Origin: an uncultured bacterium
Lineage (GTDB): Bacteria > Acidobacteriota > Thermoanaerobaculia > Multivoradales > JAHZIX01
Length of the DNA: 64,000 nt
Assembly: GCA_965368975.1 (NCBI GenBank)
Contig: CBDUPA010000002.1
Location: forward strand, 288,001 to 352,000
Direction: 5' to 3'
Shown: positions 9,744-18,486 of the stretch, piece by piece
Position numbering within the stretch: position 1 is the first letter of the stretch
How the letters are laid out: each line of letters starts with the position of its first letter
The notes under the pieces: generated by a model
Databases searched by the model: none
What the model was told of the DNA's origin: nothing
The model's input: the letters and a program-made list of their open reading frames with translations, nothing else
Translations under genes and position numbers: made by a program

Positions 9744-11696
9744 TTATTCCGGCTCACAGAAGCAGATCGAGTAGAGACCGCGCGGATCGTTCATGCGCTG
9801 CATGCGGACGAGGTCGCGGCTGAGGCGGTCGATAGGCGAGAAACCAGTGACCTGCTGCAGTTGTAGCAGCGGGTTCTGAGGTCCACCAACTTGACGCCGA
9901 GCCCAGCGTGCCAAGGGCTGCGCGACGTGCCGACCCATCGGCTCTTCGCCGGCCTCCAGCATGTCGAGCATTAGCTGTTCGCTAAACGAGAGCTCCTTTT
10001 CCATCCAGTGCAGCTTGTACTCGTCCAGCCCTGCACGCGATGACGCCGAGGCGACAGCATCTTCCAAGCTACCTAGCTGGTCGACCAGGCCGATCCGATG
10101 CGCATCAAGGCCGCTCCAGACACGGCCCTGGGCCACCCTGTCGACTTCGCCGTAGGTCATCGAGCGGGCTTCAGCCACCAGCTCCAGGAAACGACGGTAG
10201 CCGAACTCGGCCGAGTCCTGGAGGATGGAGGCCAGGTCTTCCGGCATCTGGAGGTCGGGACGGAAGGAGCCGGAAAGCGGTGTCGTCCCGATGCCGTCGG
10301 TGTGAACGCCCAGGCGCTGCAGACCCGCCTGGAAGGTCGGAACGGTGCTGAAGATGCCGATCGAGCCGGTCAACGTCGTCGGTTGCGCCCAGATCTCGTC
10401 GGCGGCAAGAGCGATCCAGTAGGCGCCCGAAGCGGCCAGCGAGCCCATCGACACGACGACCGGTTTGCCCGCCTTGCGGGTCAGCTCCAGCTCGCGGCGG
10501 ATCAACTCGGAGGCGAATGTGCTGCCGCCACCACTGTCGATACGCAGTACCAGCGCCTTGACGGTGTCGTCCTCGCGCGCCTGACGAATCAAATCGATCA
10601 TCGGTGCGCTGCCGATAGAGCCTGGAGGCTGTTCGCCATAGAGGATGTCACCACTGGCGACCAGGATCGCAACGGATGGTCCGAAGAGCGGGGGCATCGG
10701 ATCGAGTTCCCCTTGCGCCGCCAGGTAGTCCTCGTGTGTGATGCCCCGATAGCCACCCTCGTGCGCCTCACCGACCTGCGAACTCAATTCCTGGCGCACC
10801 ACATCACGGTCCACCAAGCGGTCGACCAGACCGGCAGCCAGCGCCAGACCGGCGGTATCACCGCGCGCCTCGTCGAGACGCTCAGCATAGGTTCGCACGA
10901 AAATTTCGACGTCCGCGGCCTGCAGACCGCGCGCCGCCGCGACATCCTCTTTGTAACTCTGCCACAACACACTCAGCCACTGCCGGCTCGAGTCTTCGAC
11001 TTCGGGCGACATGTCGTTGCGCAGCAGCGGCTCGACAGCGCTCTTGTAGGTGCCGACACGGAAGACGTGGTACTCGACCGACAGTGCATCCAGGGCTTCG
11101 CGATAGTAGTTGTCGAAGCGGCTGTAGCCCTCTAGAAACAACATTCCGAGCGGATGCATCAGCACCTCATCGGCCTGTGCCGCCAGGTAGTAGCGCGCCT
11201 GCGTGTACTCGTCAGCTACCGCGATGACGCGCTTTCCCTTGGCCCGGAAGTCGCGCAGCACCGCCCCCAGCTCCTGCAACTTGGTCAGCCCGGCACCACC
11301 CATGGCGTTGAGGTCGAGCACCAGCAGCTTGATTCGCTTGTCGTCGCCCGCCAACTCGACGGCGCGCACCAACTGCCGCAGTGGCGTCTGAGCGACGGAG
11401 TCGCCCGCGAGCTGAGCGAAAGCCTGATCCAGACGCTCGCCAGACACCTGGTCGACGATATCGCCACGCGGTGTCAAGACGAGCGCAACGCCATTCTCGA
11501 CGATCGGTGGACCGCTGGTCACCAGCAGGATCAGGAACAGTAGGCAGAGAAACAGAAATAGCGCGTTGAGAGCCAGCCGTCGCAGGAAGTTGACGCTGCG
11601 CCAGACAAAGCGAAAGCCGCGCCGGATCAGGCCGGGCGGGCGGGCGGGTCTGGCGGCGGATCCGGTGGCAGAGAGCGTAGAGGCTGTAGGTTCCAT
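9744..11696 (-). CDS. sppA: Signal peptide peptidase SppA, 67-kDa type
   Basis: FRVGTYKSAVEP, LRIDSGGGS, SMGSLAASGAYW, TLTGSIGIF and VAQGRVWSG motifs. Confidence 0.93.
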   Translation of the reverse strand: MEPTASTLSATGSAARPARPPGLIRRGFRFVWRSVNFLRRLALNALFLFLCLLFLILLVTSGPPIVENGVALVLTPRGDIVDQVSGERLDQAFAQLAGDSVAQTPLRQLVRAVELAGDDKRIKLLVLDLNAMGGAGLTKLQELGAVLRDFRAKGKRVIAVADEYTQARYYLAAQADEVLMHPLGMLFLEGYSRFDNYYREALDALSVEYHVFRVGTYKSAVEPLLRNDMSPEVEDSSRQWLSVLWQSYKEDVAAARGLQAADVEIFVRTYAERLDEARGDTAGLALAAGLVDRLVDRDVVRQELSSQVGEAHEGGYRGITHEDYLAAQGELDPMPPLFGPSVAILVASGDILYGEQPPGSIGSAPMIDLIRQAREDDTVKALVLRIDSGGGSTFASELIRRELELTRKAGKPVVVSMGSLAASGAYWIALAADEIWAQPTTLTGSIGIFSTVPTFQAGLQRLGVHTDGIGTTPLSGSFRPDLQMPEDLASILQDSAEFGYRRFLELVAEARSMTYGEVDRVAQGRVWSGLDAHRIGLVDQLGSLEDAVASASSRAGLDEYKLHWMEKELSFSEQLMLDMLEAGEEPMGRHVAQPLARWARRQVGGPQNPLLQLQQVTGFSPIDRLSRDLVRMQRMNDPRGLYSICFCEPE

Positions 11697-11765
11697 GGCG
11701 GGGATTATCGCACGCCAAACTCATCCGATCGGCGAGCAATGTTCAGCATGCACTACCATAGCGGC

Positions 11766-12377
11766 ATGAACACGCCGTCTTCCTCTACCTCGGATCTGTC
11801 CGTGAGCACCGCGGCACCCCGGCAGGTCTCCTTCGACGACGAACCCCTGATCCTGGTCGACGCACGAGACAACGTCCAGGGGTACCGGCCGAAGGCTGAC
11901 TGCCATGTCGGCGACGGCATCCTGCATCGAGCGTTCTCGATCTTCCTCTTCGACGCCCAAGGTCGCCTGCTCATTCACCAGCGCAGTGCCGAAAAGCCCC
12001 TGTGGCCGGGCTTCTGGACCAACAGCTGCTGTAGCCACCCGCGGCGCGGCGAGACGGTGGAAGAGGCGGCACACCGGCGGCTGCGCGAGGAGCTGGGCGT
12101 CGAAGCTGAACTGACGCGACTCTATGCCTTCCAGTACCAGGCGCGCTATCTCGACATCGGTTCCGAGAACGAGCTGTGCACCGTCTTCGTCGGGCCACTG
12201 CAAGGCGAGCCCAAGGTCAATCCCACAGAGATCGAGGAGTGGCGAATGATTTCCGCCCAGGAGCTGGACGCCGCGCTGGCCGACGACCCAGAGAGCTACA
12301 CGCCCTGGTGCCGCATGGAGTGGCAGCGCCTGCGCAACGACTTCTGGCCAAGAGTCGAAGCCCTCGTCACCAGCTGA
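11766..12377 (+). CDS. idi: Isopentenyl-diphosphate delta-isomerase, type 1
   Basis: LHRAFSIFLF, QRSAEKPLWPGFWTNSCCSHP, ENE and YTPW motifs. Confidence 0.93.
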   Translation: MNTPSSSTSDLSVSTAAPRQVSFDDEPLILVDARDNVQGYRPKADCHVGDGILHRAFSIFLFDAQGRLLIHQRSAEKPLWPGFWTNSCCSHPRRGETVEEAAHRRLREELGVEAELTRLYAFQYQARYLDIGSENELCTVFVGPLQGEPKVNPTEIEEWRMISAQELDAALADDPESYTPWCRMEWQRLRNDFWPRVEALVTS

Positions 12378-12423
12378 GATGGACCCGGCACCATGTCCAC
12401 CGGCAAAGACCGGCAGAGGCTCA

Positions 12424-13131
12424 TCAGTTGAGCATCAGGCTCTCGACTTCGGTCTCCTGACTACCCAAGTCGACGCCCATGCGCATCAGCATCAGCAGAA
12501 TCTGATGCCGCTCGCGAGCACCGGCTTCGAGCAATGCCTGTTTCTCAGCTGGCGCGAACGGCAACGCCGTGGCCAGGCCATTGACCAAGGTCTCGGCTGG
12601 TAGCTTGCGCAGTCGGTCAAGATCGAAGCTGAGCTGCTGGTCGTGGGCGAACTGCTGCAGCGCTTCGAGGAGACTGAAGGCATCGAGTTCCTCGCCAGCA
12701 TCGCTCCGGTCCTCAGCGTAGGCTCGGTAGTCGACTCGTACCCGTCGATAGAGGCGGTGCAGGGGCAGTTCCTCTTCGATGCGGAAGCGGGTCAAGCCGA
12801 CCAGCGCGATCAAGAAGCGGCCGCCCGGAATGCGCTCGCACTCTTCGATGCGGCCGGCACAGCCAACGCGATATAGACGCGGGTCGATGTGGGCCGAGTC
12901 CGGAGCAGCCTGCGCTTCGTCCACGGAAGTGGATCGAGCATCCTCGTCTTCCGGTAGGTCCAGCGGCTGCACCATGCCTATGATCGACTCGCCAGCCATG
13001 GCGTCCTCGACCATATTGCGGTAGCGGGGCTCGAAGACGTGCAGCGGCAGCCAGCTCCCCGGCAGGAGTAGAGAACCTGCAAGCGGGAAAACGGGAATCA
13101 CATCGGGCAACTGGGGCTTCGGCTCGCTCAT
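12424..13131 (-). CDS. Stand-alone Lon substrate-binding (LON_N) domain protein
   Basis: IPVFPL...LLLPG..LPLHVFEPRYRNMV and EKQALLEA motifs. Confidence 0.88.
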   Translation of the reverse strand: MSEPKPQLPDVIPVFPLAGSLLLPGSWLPLHVFEPRYRNMVEDAMAGESIIGMVQPLDLPEDEDARSTSVDEAQAAPDSAHIDPRLYRVGCAGRIEECERIPGGRFLIALVGLTRFRIEEELPLHRLYRRVRVDYRAYAEDRSDAGEELDAFSLLEALQQFAHDQQLSFDLDRLRKLPAETLVNGLATALPFAPAEKQALLEAGARERHQILLMLMRMGVDLGSQETEVESLMLN

Positions 13132-13250
13132 CAAGATCTCCAAGGCGGCATCCAGTCTACCATCGGAGATCCACCGCCGCGCCGGCTTGCGACAGGCGCT
13201 TGGGCAAGCTGCCGTATTCACAGGCGGAGCTTCCCTGGTAGACTCTTCGA

Positions 13251-13676
13251 ATGCGAGTGAATGTACGGAATGTAGACGACGTCATTATTGTGGACCTGGC
13301 AGGACGCCTGGTGGCAGGTGTGGGCGACGAACTGCTGCGGGACGTGATCAACGAGCTGCTGTCCGAGGGCTGGAAGAAGATCCTGCTCAACCTGTCCGAG
13401 GTGTCCTACATGGACAGCGCCGGCCTCGGTGAGCTGCTCGCCAGCCATCGAACGGCACGCAATCTCGGCGCGCGTATGATCACCACCAGCCTGGCACAGC
13501 GCACGAAGCGCGTGCTCCGCCTGAGCCAAATCCTGCCTCTGATCGAGGTGCACGACACCGAACAGGAAGCTCTCGAGACCTTCCGCCTGGGGGTCGAACA
13601 CACTCCGACACGGGAGATCGACCCGTTGAACGAGGAGGATGTCGATCGAGACGACGAGACGACCCCGGCATCCTGA
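13251..13676 (+). CDS. STAS-domain anti-sigma factor antagonist
   Basis: ILLNLSEVSYMDSAGLGEL phosphoserine motif. Confidence 0.9.
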   Translation: MRVNVRNVDDVIIVDLAGRLVAGVGDELLRDVINELLSEGWKKILLNLSEVSYMDSAGLGELLASHRTARNLGARMITTSLAQRTKRVLRLSQILPLIEVHDTEQEALETFRLGVEHTPTREIDPLNEEDVDRDDETTPAS

Positions 13677-13822
13677 GGTGAACCCGTCTTCAGGCGAGTC
13701 CATCCGCTCTGGTGGATTCCACCTTGCTCACAACGGACCCGGATTCTGCACCAAGGCCTGAGAACACGGGACAAGGAGCCCACGACTAGCAGGCACGGCA
13801 CGAATCAAGTGCTCCAAGAATG

Positions 13823-13850
13823 CAAAGGGCGACCCGAGGGTCGCCCTTTG
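13823..13850. terminator. Probable bidirectional intrinsic terminator
   Basis: CAAAGGGCGACC-cgag-GGTCGCCCTTTG perfect 12-bp hairpin between convergent genes. Confidence 0.7.
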
Positions 13851-13916
13851 ACATTGCGCCTGGATTGCGCGGACAGAGCTGGCTGGCAGAACCAGGCAGT
13901 CCGACCTCGAGGCAGC

Positions 13917-14642
13917 TTACTCGCCGCCGCCAATCTCCAGCAGTTCGACCTCGAACACCAGGACCGCGTTGGGCGGGATTCCCGGACGGCCCTGAGGACC
14001 GTAAGCGGTGTCCGGCGGACATACCAAGCGGCTCTTGCCACCGACCTTCATGGTCTGTAGGCCTTCAGTCCAGCATGAGATCACCTGGTTCAGCGGGAAG
14101 GTCGCGGGAGTACCGCGATCGACGGAACTGTCGAAGACGCTGCCATCGCGCAGAGTACCGTGGTAGTGCACGGTCACCGTGTCGGTAGCAGTCGGAGATG
14201 CACCGGTACCCGCCGTCAGCTCGGTGATGATGACGCCGGACTCCTTCTTCTGAGCTCCCGCCGCAGCAGCCTGCTCATCCAGGAAAGCCTGTCCAGCAGC
14301 ACCTTCGGATTCCGCCGCGCGCGCCTGGCGATCCTGCGCCATCTGCTGCAACTTGGGACCATACTCGGCCAAGGCCACCTTGGCCTCGTTGCCCAGCACA
14401 CCGTCGACCAGGCCTTCCTGCACGATCTTCAGCTCCTCGGTGGTCAGGCTGAAGACGCTCAGGTTCTGGGCCATGGCTTGGCCCAACGCGTATAGGGTTT
14501 TCTGTTCCTCGGTCATAGTTCCTTCCTCGCTGCTCTGGCTACTAGCCCCGTCTTGGGCAGCGGCCGGCGCCGGGTCGGCATTGCAAGCCGGCAGCACCAT
14601 GCAGAGCGCAAGGGCGAGGAACAGGCGGACGATCGATTTCAT
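13917..14642 (-). CDS. FKBP-type peptidyl-prolyl isomerase (FkpA/Mip-like lipoprotein)
   Basis: VTVHYHGTLRDGSVFDSS, VISCWTEGLQ, AYG...IPPNAVLVFEVELL; lipobox-like LPAC. Confidence 0.93.
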   Translation of the reverse strand: MKSIVRLFLALALCMVLPACNADPAPAAAQDGASSQSSEEGTMTEEQKTLYALGQAMAQNLSVFSLTTEELKIVQEGLVDGVLGNEAKVALAEYGPKLQQMAQDRQARAAESEGAAGQAFLDEQAAAAGAQKKESGVIITELTAGTGASPTATDTVTVHYHGTLRDGSVFDSSVDRGTPATFPLNQVISCWTEGLQTMKVGGKSRLVCPPDTAYGPQGRPGIPPNAVLVFEVELLEIGGGE

Positions 14643-14734
14643 AGATGACTCCTTTCTCATCGGCGCCGACCCTACCAGGGTGCGTGGAGCGTGTCGAGCC
14701 ACTTGCTCGACCCAGAATCGGCCGAGGTTTTGTG

Positions 14735-15373
14735 TCACGCTGCCTGCAGCAGGTGGTGCAGTCTCTCGCGACTCTCGGTCAGACCCGTGGGTTGAAATCC
14801 TAGGCTGCTCAGTTCCTGCTGGGCCTGCTCCACATGGCGCAGTGCGGTCTCGCCGTCGAGTCGAGCACCGGTGGCATCGAAGGTCGGGAGTTCGGCCTCC
14901 AGGGCGACGGTCAGCTCGTACGTACAGCCGTTGCTGTACTGCCAGCCTTCATTGAAGTACACGGCTCGGACACGACTACGAATGACCCGGTCCCAGAAGC
15001 CCAGGTACTCGGGCTGGCTCCACTCCGGAGCCACGAACGGTGCCGGCGTCATCACCAGTGCCTGCGGCTGCTGCCGGCGCAGCGCGGCGGCAAAGTCGTT
15101 GGCGGCCTCGGCATTCGGATCCCACAGCTGCTGCCGCCAGCCGGCCGGTCCCAGAGCCTGACGCAGCTCGTCGGACGTCGAGACCCCGTGCTCGGCGAGC
15201 AACTGGTAGTAGCGGCGGCCAGTGGTCAACTCGCTACTGACATAGAGAGCGCGCTCGCCGTTGAGCGCACAGTCCATGGCGGAGAGGATCAGCTCGACTT
15301 CTTGCGGCCAGGTACGGCTGCGGCGGATGGCCTGAATTTCGGGAAAGGGTACGGACACGTCGACTCCGAGCAC
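14735..15373 (-). CDS. Hypothetical protein, NDT/DUF4406-like fold
   Basis: N-terminal ALYVSSELTTG strand and YFNEGWQYSNGCTYELTVA (W..S.G...E) motif. The start overlaps the upstream stop. Confidence 0.55.
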   Translation of the reverse strand: MLGVDVSVPFPEIQAIRRSRTWPQEVELILSAMDCALNGERALYVSSELTTGRRYYQLLAEHGVSTSDELRQALGPAGWRQQLWDPNAEAANDFAAALRRQQPQALVMTPAPFVAPEWSQPEYLGFWDRVIRSRVRAVYFNEGWQYSNGCTYELTVALEAELPTFDATGARLDGETALRHVEQAQQELSSLGFQPTGLTESRERLHHLLQAA

Positions 15374-17007
15374 TAGCGCTGCGTCTCCAGCTGGGGACGC
15401 AGCGTGCTCTCGAAGAGCTTCTCGTTGAAGTTGCGCAGCAGGTCGCTGAGTAACTGGTCGGCCTCGTAGATCTTGCGGCCCAGGATGTCGTCGCTATCGG
15501 TGCGCACTCCCAACACGTTCTGCCAGTCCTGGTACTGGATGACCTTAGTTTCGCCCGAACCTTGTCCCGAGGCCGCTGCCGGCGCCGGGAGGTCTGCTTC
15601 CAGCTGCGGCCAGAGTTGCTCCAGCCAGTCCTGCTGACGCAGGGAGATGTGGATGCCGGCTCGCACGTCGTGGCCGTGCGGGTTGCGCAAGCGCAGCGGA
15701 ATCGGGATCACGACGTAGGCCTCGTAATCGCTGTCGCGCGAGTCGCTGTGATAGGTGCGCGGATCGACGATGAGGGGTTTGGGTTTGCCCTCCTCTGCCA
15801 CCTTCTTCTCGGACTCGGCCGGGTCGAGGAGCTCCGGCAGCCGACGCGGCAGAACCAATCGCGATTGGAACTGCTTGCCGCTGTCGGTCTGCGGGTCGTA
15901 AGCGTCTCGCCACCACAGGGCGTGGCCGGTGTAGATGGCCAACCAAGCCATCGTGTTCTTGCCGAAGGAGTCGTCGAGGCTGCCGCTCGGCTTGGAGACG
16001 TAGTAGGTCGACTGGTGGTTACGGGCCAGGACGCTGACCGAGACGCGCACACCATAGTCACTCAGCTGGTCCAGGTTGAAGCTCTTGTCCTCGCTGAAAC
16101 GGCCACGGATCGCCTTGAAGATCTGTTTGCACACCTCGTCGACGGTGCGCAGGTTGGCTGCCTGCAGCTGCAGGATCTCCTGCGTGAAGGGCCCCGTCTT
16201 GAGCTGGTTCTTGCCCTGCAGGAAGGTGAAGAAGGTATCGAAGAAAACCGTCCAGGTGATGTTCCAGCGCCGGTGCACCAGGCGACTGCGCAGGGCCTCG
16301 TTGCTCGCCTGGGCGAAGGCGAAGAACAACAGCAGAACGACGAAGAAGAGGACGAAACAGACCAGGTAGTAGGCCTTGGCATCGATCTCTTTGCTCCCCC
16401 ACAGACTCTGCAGGAAGGTCAAGGCGACCATGCCACCGAGGCCGCTGATGGCGGCGCGACCGACGTTGTTCTGCAGGAAGTAGAAGCTGAGGTCTTTGCT
16501 TTCCTGCTCGGAGGGCCTCGGCGAGGCATCCGCGGCTTCGTCGTGCTCTTCCTTGACGAACATCGACTTCTTACTCGGCACGCGCCAGATCTGGATCACA
16601 GTCAAGAACGCGGCCAGAAAGGCGATGGAGAGGACGGCGGCGCGATCGAGCAGGGCTTTGTTGGTCGGCAAGTCCCAGAACCACTGGAGCCAGCTTCGAT
16701 CTTCGTGCATGGCACCATCTAGGGTCTCTTGCGCCTCCGCCTCGGAGCTGCCAGCCGCATCAGGTTCGGTCGCGCTCGGTTCGCTCGCATCGGGTGCAGT
16801 CGCATCCGGGGCCGCAGAGGCGTCCGCGGAGCTGGTCGACGACAGGGGCTCAGCCGGTGGCTGGGCTGTCGGGTTGGAAGCTGCCCCTGAGTCTGGCTCG
16901 GCAGTGGCTGGATTTTGTGCCCAGGCTTCAGGAGCCGGCAGTACAGGCACCAGGACAGCGAGGAACCAGCCGAGTAGTAGGACAGCCGCGGTGGGCCTAC
17001 GACGCAT
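15373..17007 (-). CDS. Hypothetical membrane protein (signal peptide, low-complexity linker, ~3 TM, soluble C-terminal domain)
   Basis: ATG 17007 overlaps the end of the upstream gene; hydrophobic segments; codon usage typical of the genome. Confidence 0.7.
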   Translation of the reverse strand: MRRRPTAAVLLLGWFLAVLVPVLPAPEAWAQNPATAEPDSGAASNPTAQPPAEPLSSTSSADASAAPDATAPDASEPSATEPDAAGSSEAEAQETLDGAMHEDRSWLQWFWDLPTNKALLDRAAVLSIAFLAAFLTVIQIWRVPSKKSMFVKEEHDEAADASPRPSEQESKDLSFYFLQNNVGRAAISGLGGMVALTFLQSLWGSKEIDAKAYYLVCFVLFFVVLLLFFAFAQASNEALRSRLVHRRWNITWTVFFDTFFTFLQGKNQLKTGPFTQEILQLQAANLRTVDEVCKQIFKAIRGRFSEDKSFNLDQLSDYGVRVSVSVLARNHQSTYYVSKPSGSLDDSFGKNTMAWLAIYTGHALWWRDAYDPQTDSGKQFQSRLVLPRRLPELLDPAESEKKVAEEGKPKPLIVDPRTYHSDSRDSDYEAYVVIPIPLRLRNPHGHDVRAGIHISLRQQDWLEQLWPQLEADLPAPAAASGQGSGETKVIQYQDWQNVLGVRTDSDDILGRKIYEADQLLSDLLRNFNEKLFESTLRPQLETQR

Positions 17008-18403
17008 GTTCCACCTCTCTCTCCAAACGCGACGGGATCTGTGCCTTGCGCAGCACGTCCCCGAGGTGACTCGTGATCCCGACGTTACCCTGGACGACAA
17101 TACCGTCGCCACTACCCTGCACGCGGGCAACCAGGGCACGCAGAGCTTCCAAGCCTTCGCTGACCTGGAAGGTGTGGAAGCGTTCCGCCTCGCCGGGATA
17201 GATGACACTGCCGCTGACGTCCATGGCGCCTCGGTGTAGCTGCACAATCCACACTTGGTTTCCATCGTGCACCCATTCGAAGCGCACCGGACCGATGTAC
17301 TCTGAGATGTTGTGCAGGCACTGCAGCACGTCGGCGTAGATGCCGTCCGGCAAGGGGACGGGAGCCCGCTCGCCCGTCATGAAGCCTTCACCGATGCCGG
17401 CAACGCCTTCGATCACGGGCTCGCCAACCAGCGGCGACAGCAGCGCCCCGGACCACGCCGCCTCGACACCCTGCTGGCACAGGATCGACGCGATGGCGGT
17501 GCCGTCCGGGTCTTCCTGCTGCATCAGGCGGAAGGGGTCGATCCAGCCATGGGTCGTGGTGAAACGGCCGGGAACCTGCTCGACCGGGCAGGTGCGCAGC
17601 CACACTTCGTGGCTGCCGGTGTCACTGCCAAAGCTGAAGGGAGCCAGTCCGCGCGCAATCACCTGGGTGCGTGGCACCGGCAGTGCCAGCAGGTGTGCCA
17701 TCAGCAAGCCGAAGGCTTTGTCGCCGAGGAAGCGACTGAAGCGGTTGGGCCAGCGTGGATAGTTGCCGATCGGCGGACCGTCGGAGTGCTCGGTCTCCCA
17801 GAATACCGTGTGATCGTGACGGTAGCCGCGACGCAAGGGATGCAGGCTGAACTCGACGCGCAGGCATTCGTCGGCCGGCAGCGCCGGTACGAAACCGTAC
17901 ACCGTCTCGAACAAGGCCGGCGCCATCTTGCGGCTGATCGACACGGTGCCCGGCTTCTCGACGCAGCGCGGCGTGTCTCCGGGCGCGAACTCGACAATGG
18001 TGCCGAAGGCGACACCCGAGACGCCTCCATCGTGGATGTCGATCGTCTCGTTGATCAGCGTGTAAAGGCCGTCTGCGGCCAGCCGTCGCACCTGGGCTTC
18101 GACCTCTTCAGCGCTCCGCAAGCCGTAGAGGAACTCGCGGCTCTTGGCGTCGTGCGGCTGATAGCAGCGGACATTGACGGAACGCTCCGGCGAGTGGCGC
18201 AGCAGGTAGTCGATCGCCTCGCGCAGAGAGCCGAACGCCTGGTTGACCGGCCAGTCACGGATCCACGCGAAGCGCTGCTGTAGCCGCGGATCGAAGCTGA
18301 CGAATTGGGCCACGTTGGCGTCCCGGGCCAGCTGGTCCAGAATCGTGTCCTTGAAGTGGCCGCCCGATCGAGGCTCGGCCAGCGCGGGGGGCGTCTCGGT
18401 CAT
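16997..18403 (-). CDS. Hypothetical protein with tandem ATP-grasp/PEP-synthase N-domain-like modules
   Basis: Two repeats of the pattern (V/L)R-x...(E/Q)..I/V....SG...IEG..G.GE...RxE(F/W)......W(E/Q). Fold assignment is inferred. Confidence 0.55.
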   Translation of the reverse strand: MTETPPALAEPRSGGHFKDTILDQLARDANVAQFVSFDPRLQQRFAWIRDWPVNQAFGSLREAIDYLLRHSPERSVNVRCYQPHDAKSREFLYGLRSAEEVEAQVRRLAADGLYTLINETIDIHDGGVSGVAFGTIVEFAPGDTPRCVEKPGTVSISRKMAPALFETVYGFVPALPADECLRVEFSLHPLRRGYRHDHTVFWETEHSDGPPIGNYPRWPNRFSRFLGDKAFGLLMAHLLALPVPRTQVIARGLAPFSFGSDTGSHEVWLRTCPVEQVPGRFTTTHGWIDPFRLMQQEDPDGTAIASILCQQGVEAAWSGALLSPLVGEPVIEGVAGIGEGFMTGERAPVPLPDGIYADVLQCLHNISEYIGPVRFEWVHDGNQVWIVQLHRGAMDVSGSVIYPGEAERFHTFQVSEGLEALRALVARVQGSGDGIVVQGNVGITSHLGDVLRKAQIPSRLEREVEHAS

Positions 18404-18486
18404 TGGTAGATTCTACTCCATCCCTGCCGCACTCCTGCCGGCGGAGCACGGCAGGGACTTCTGGAGCCATGAACCTCGCGACGACG

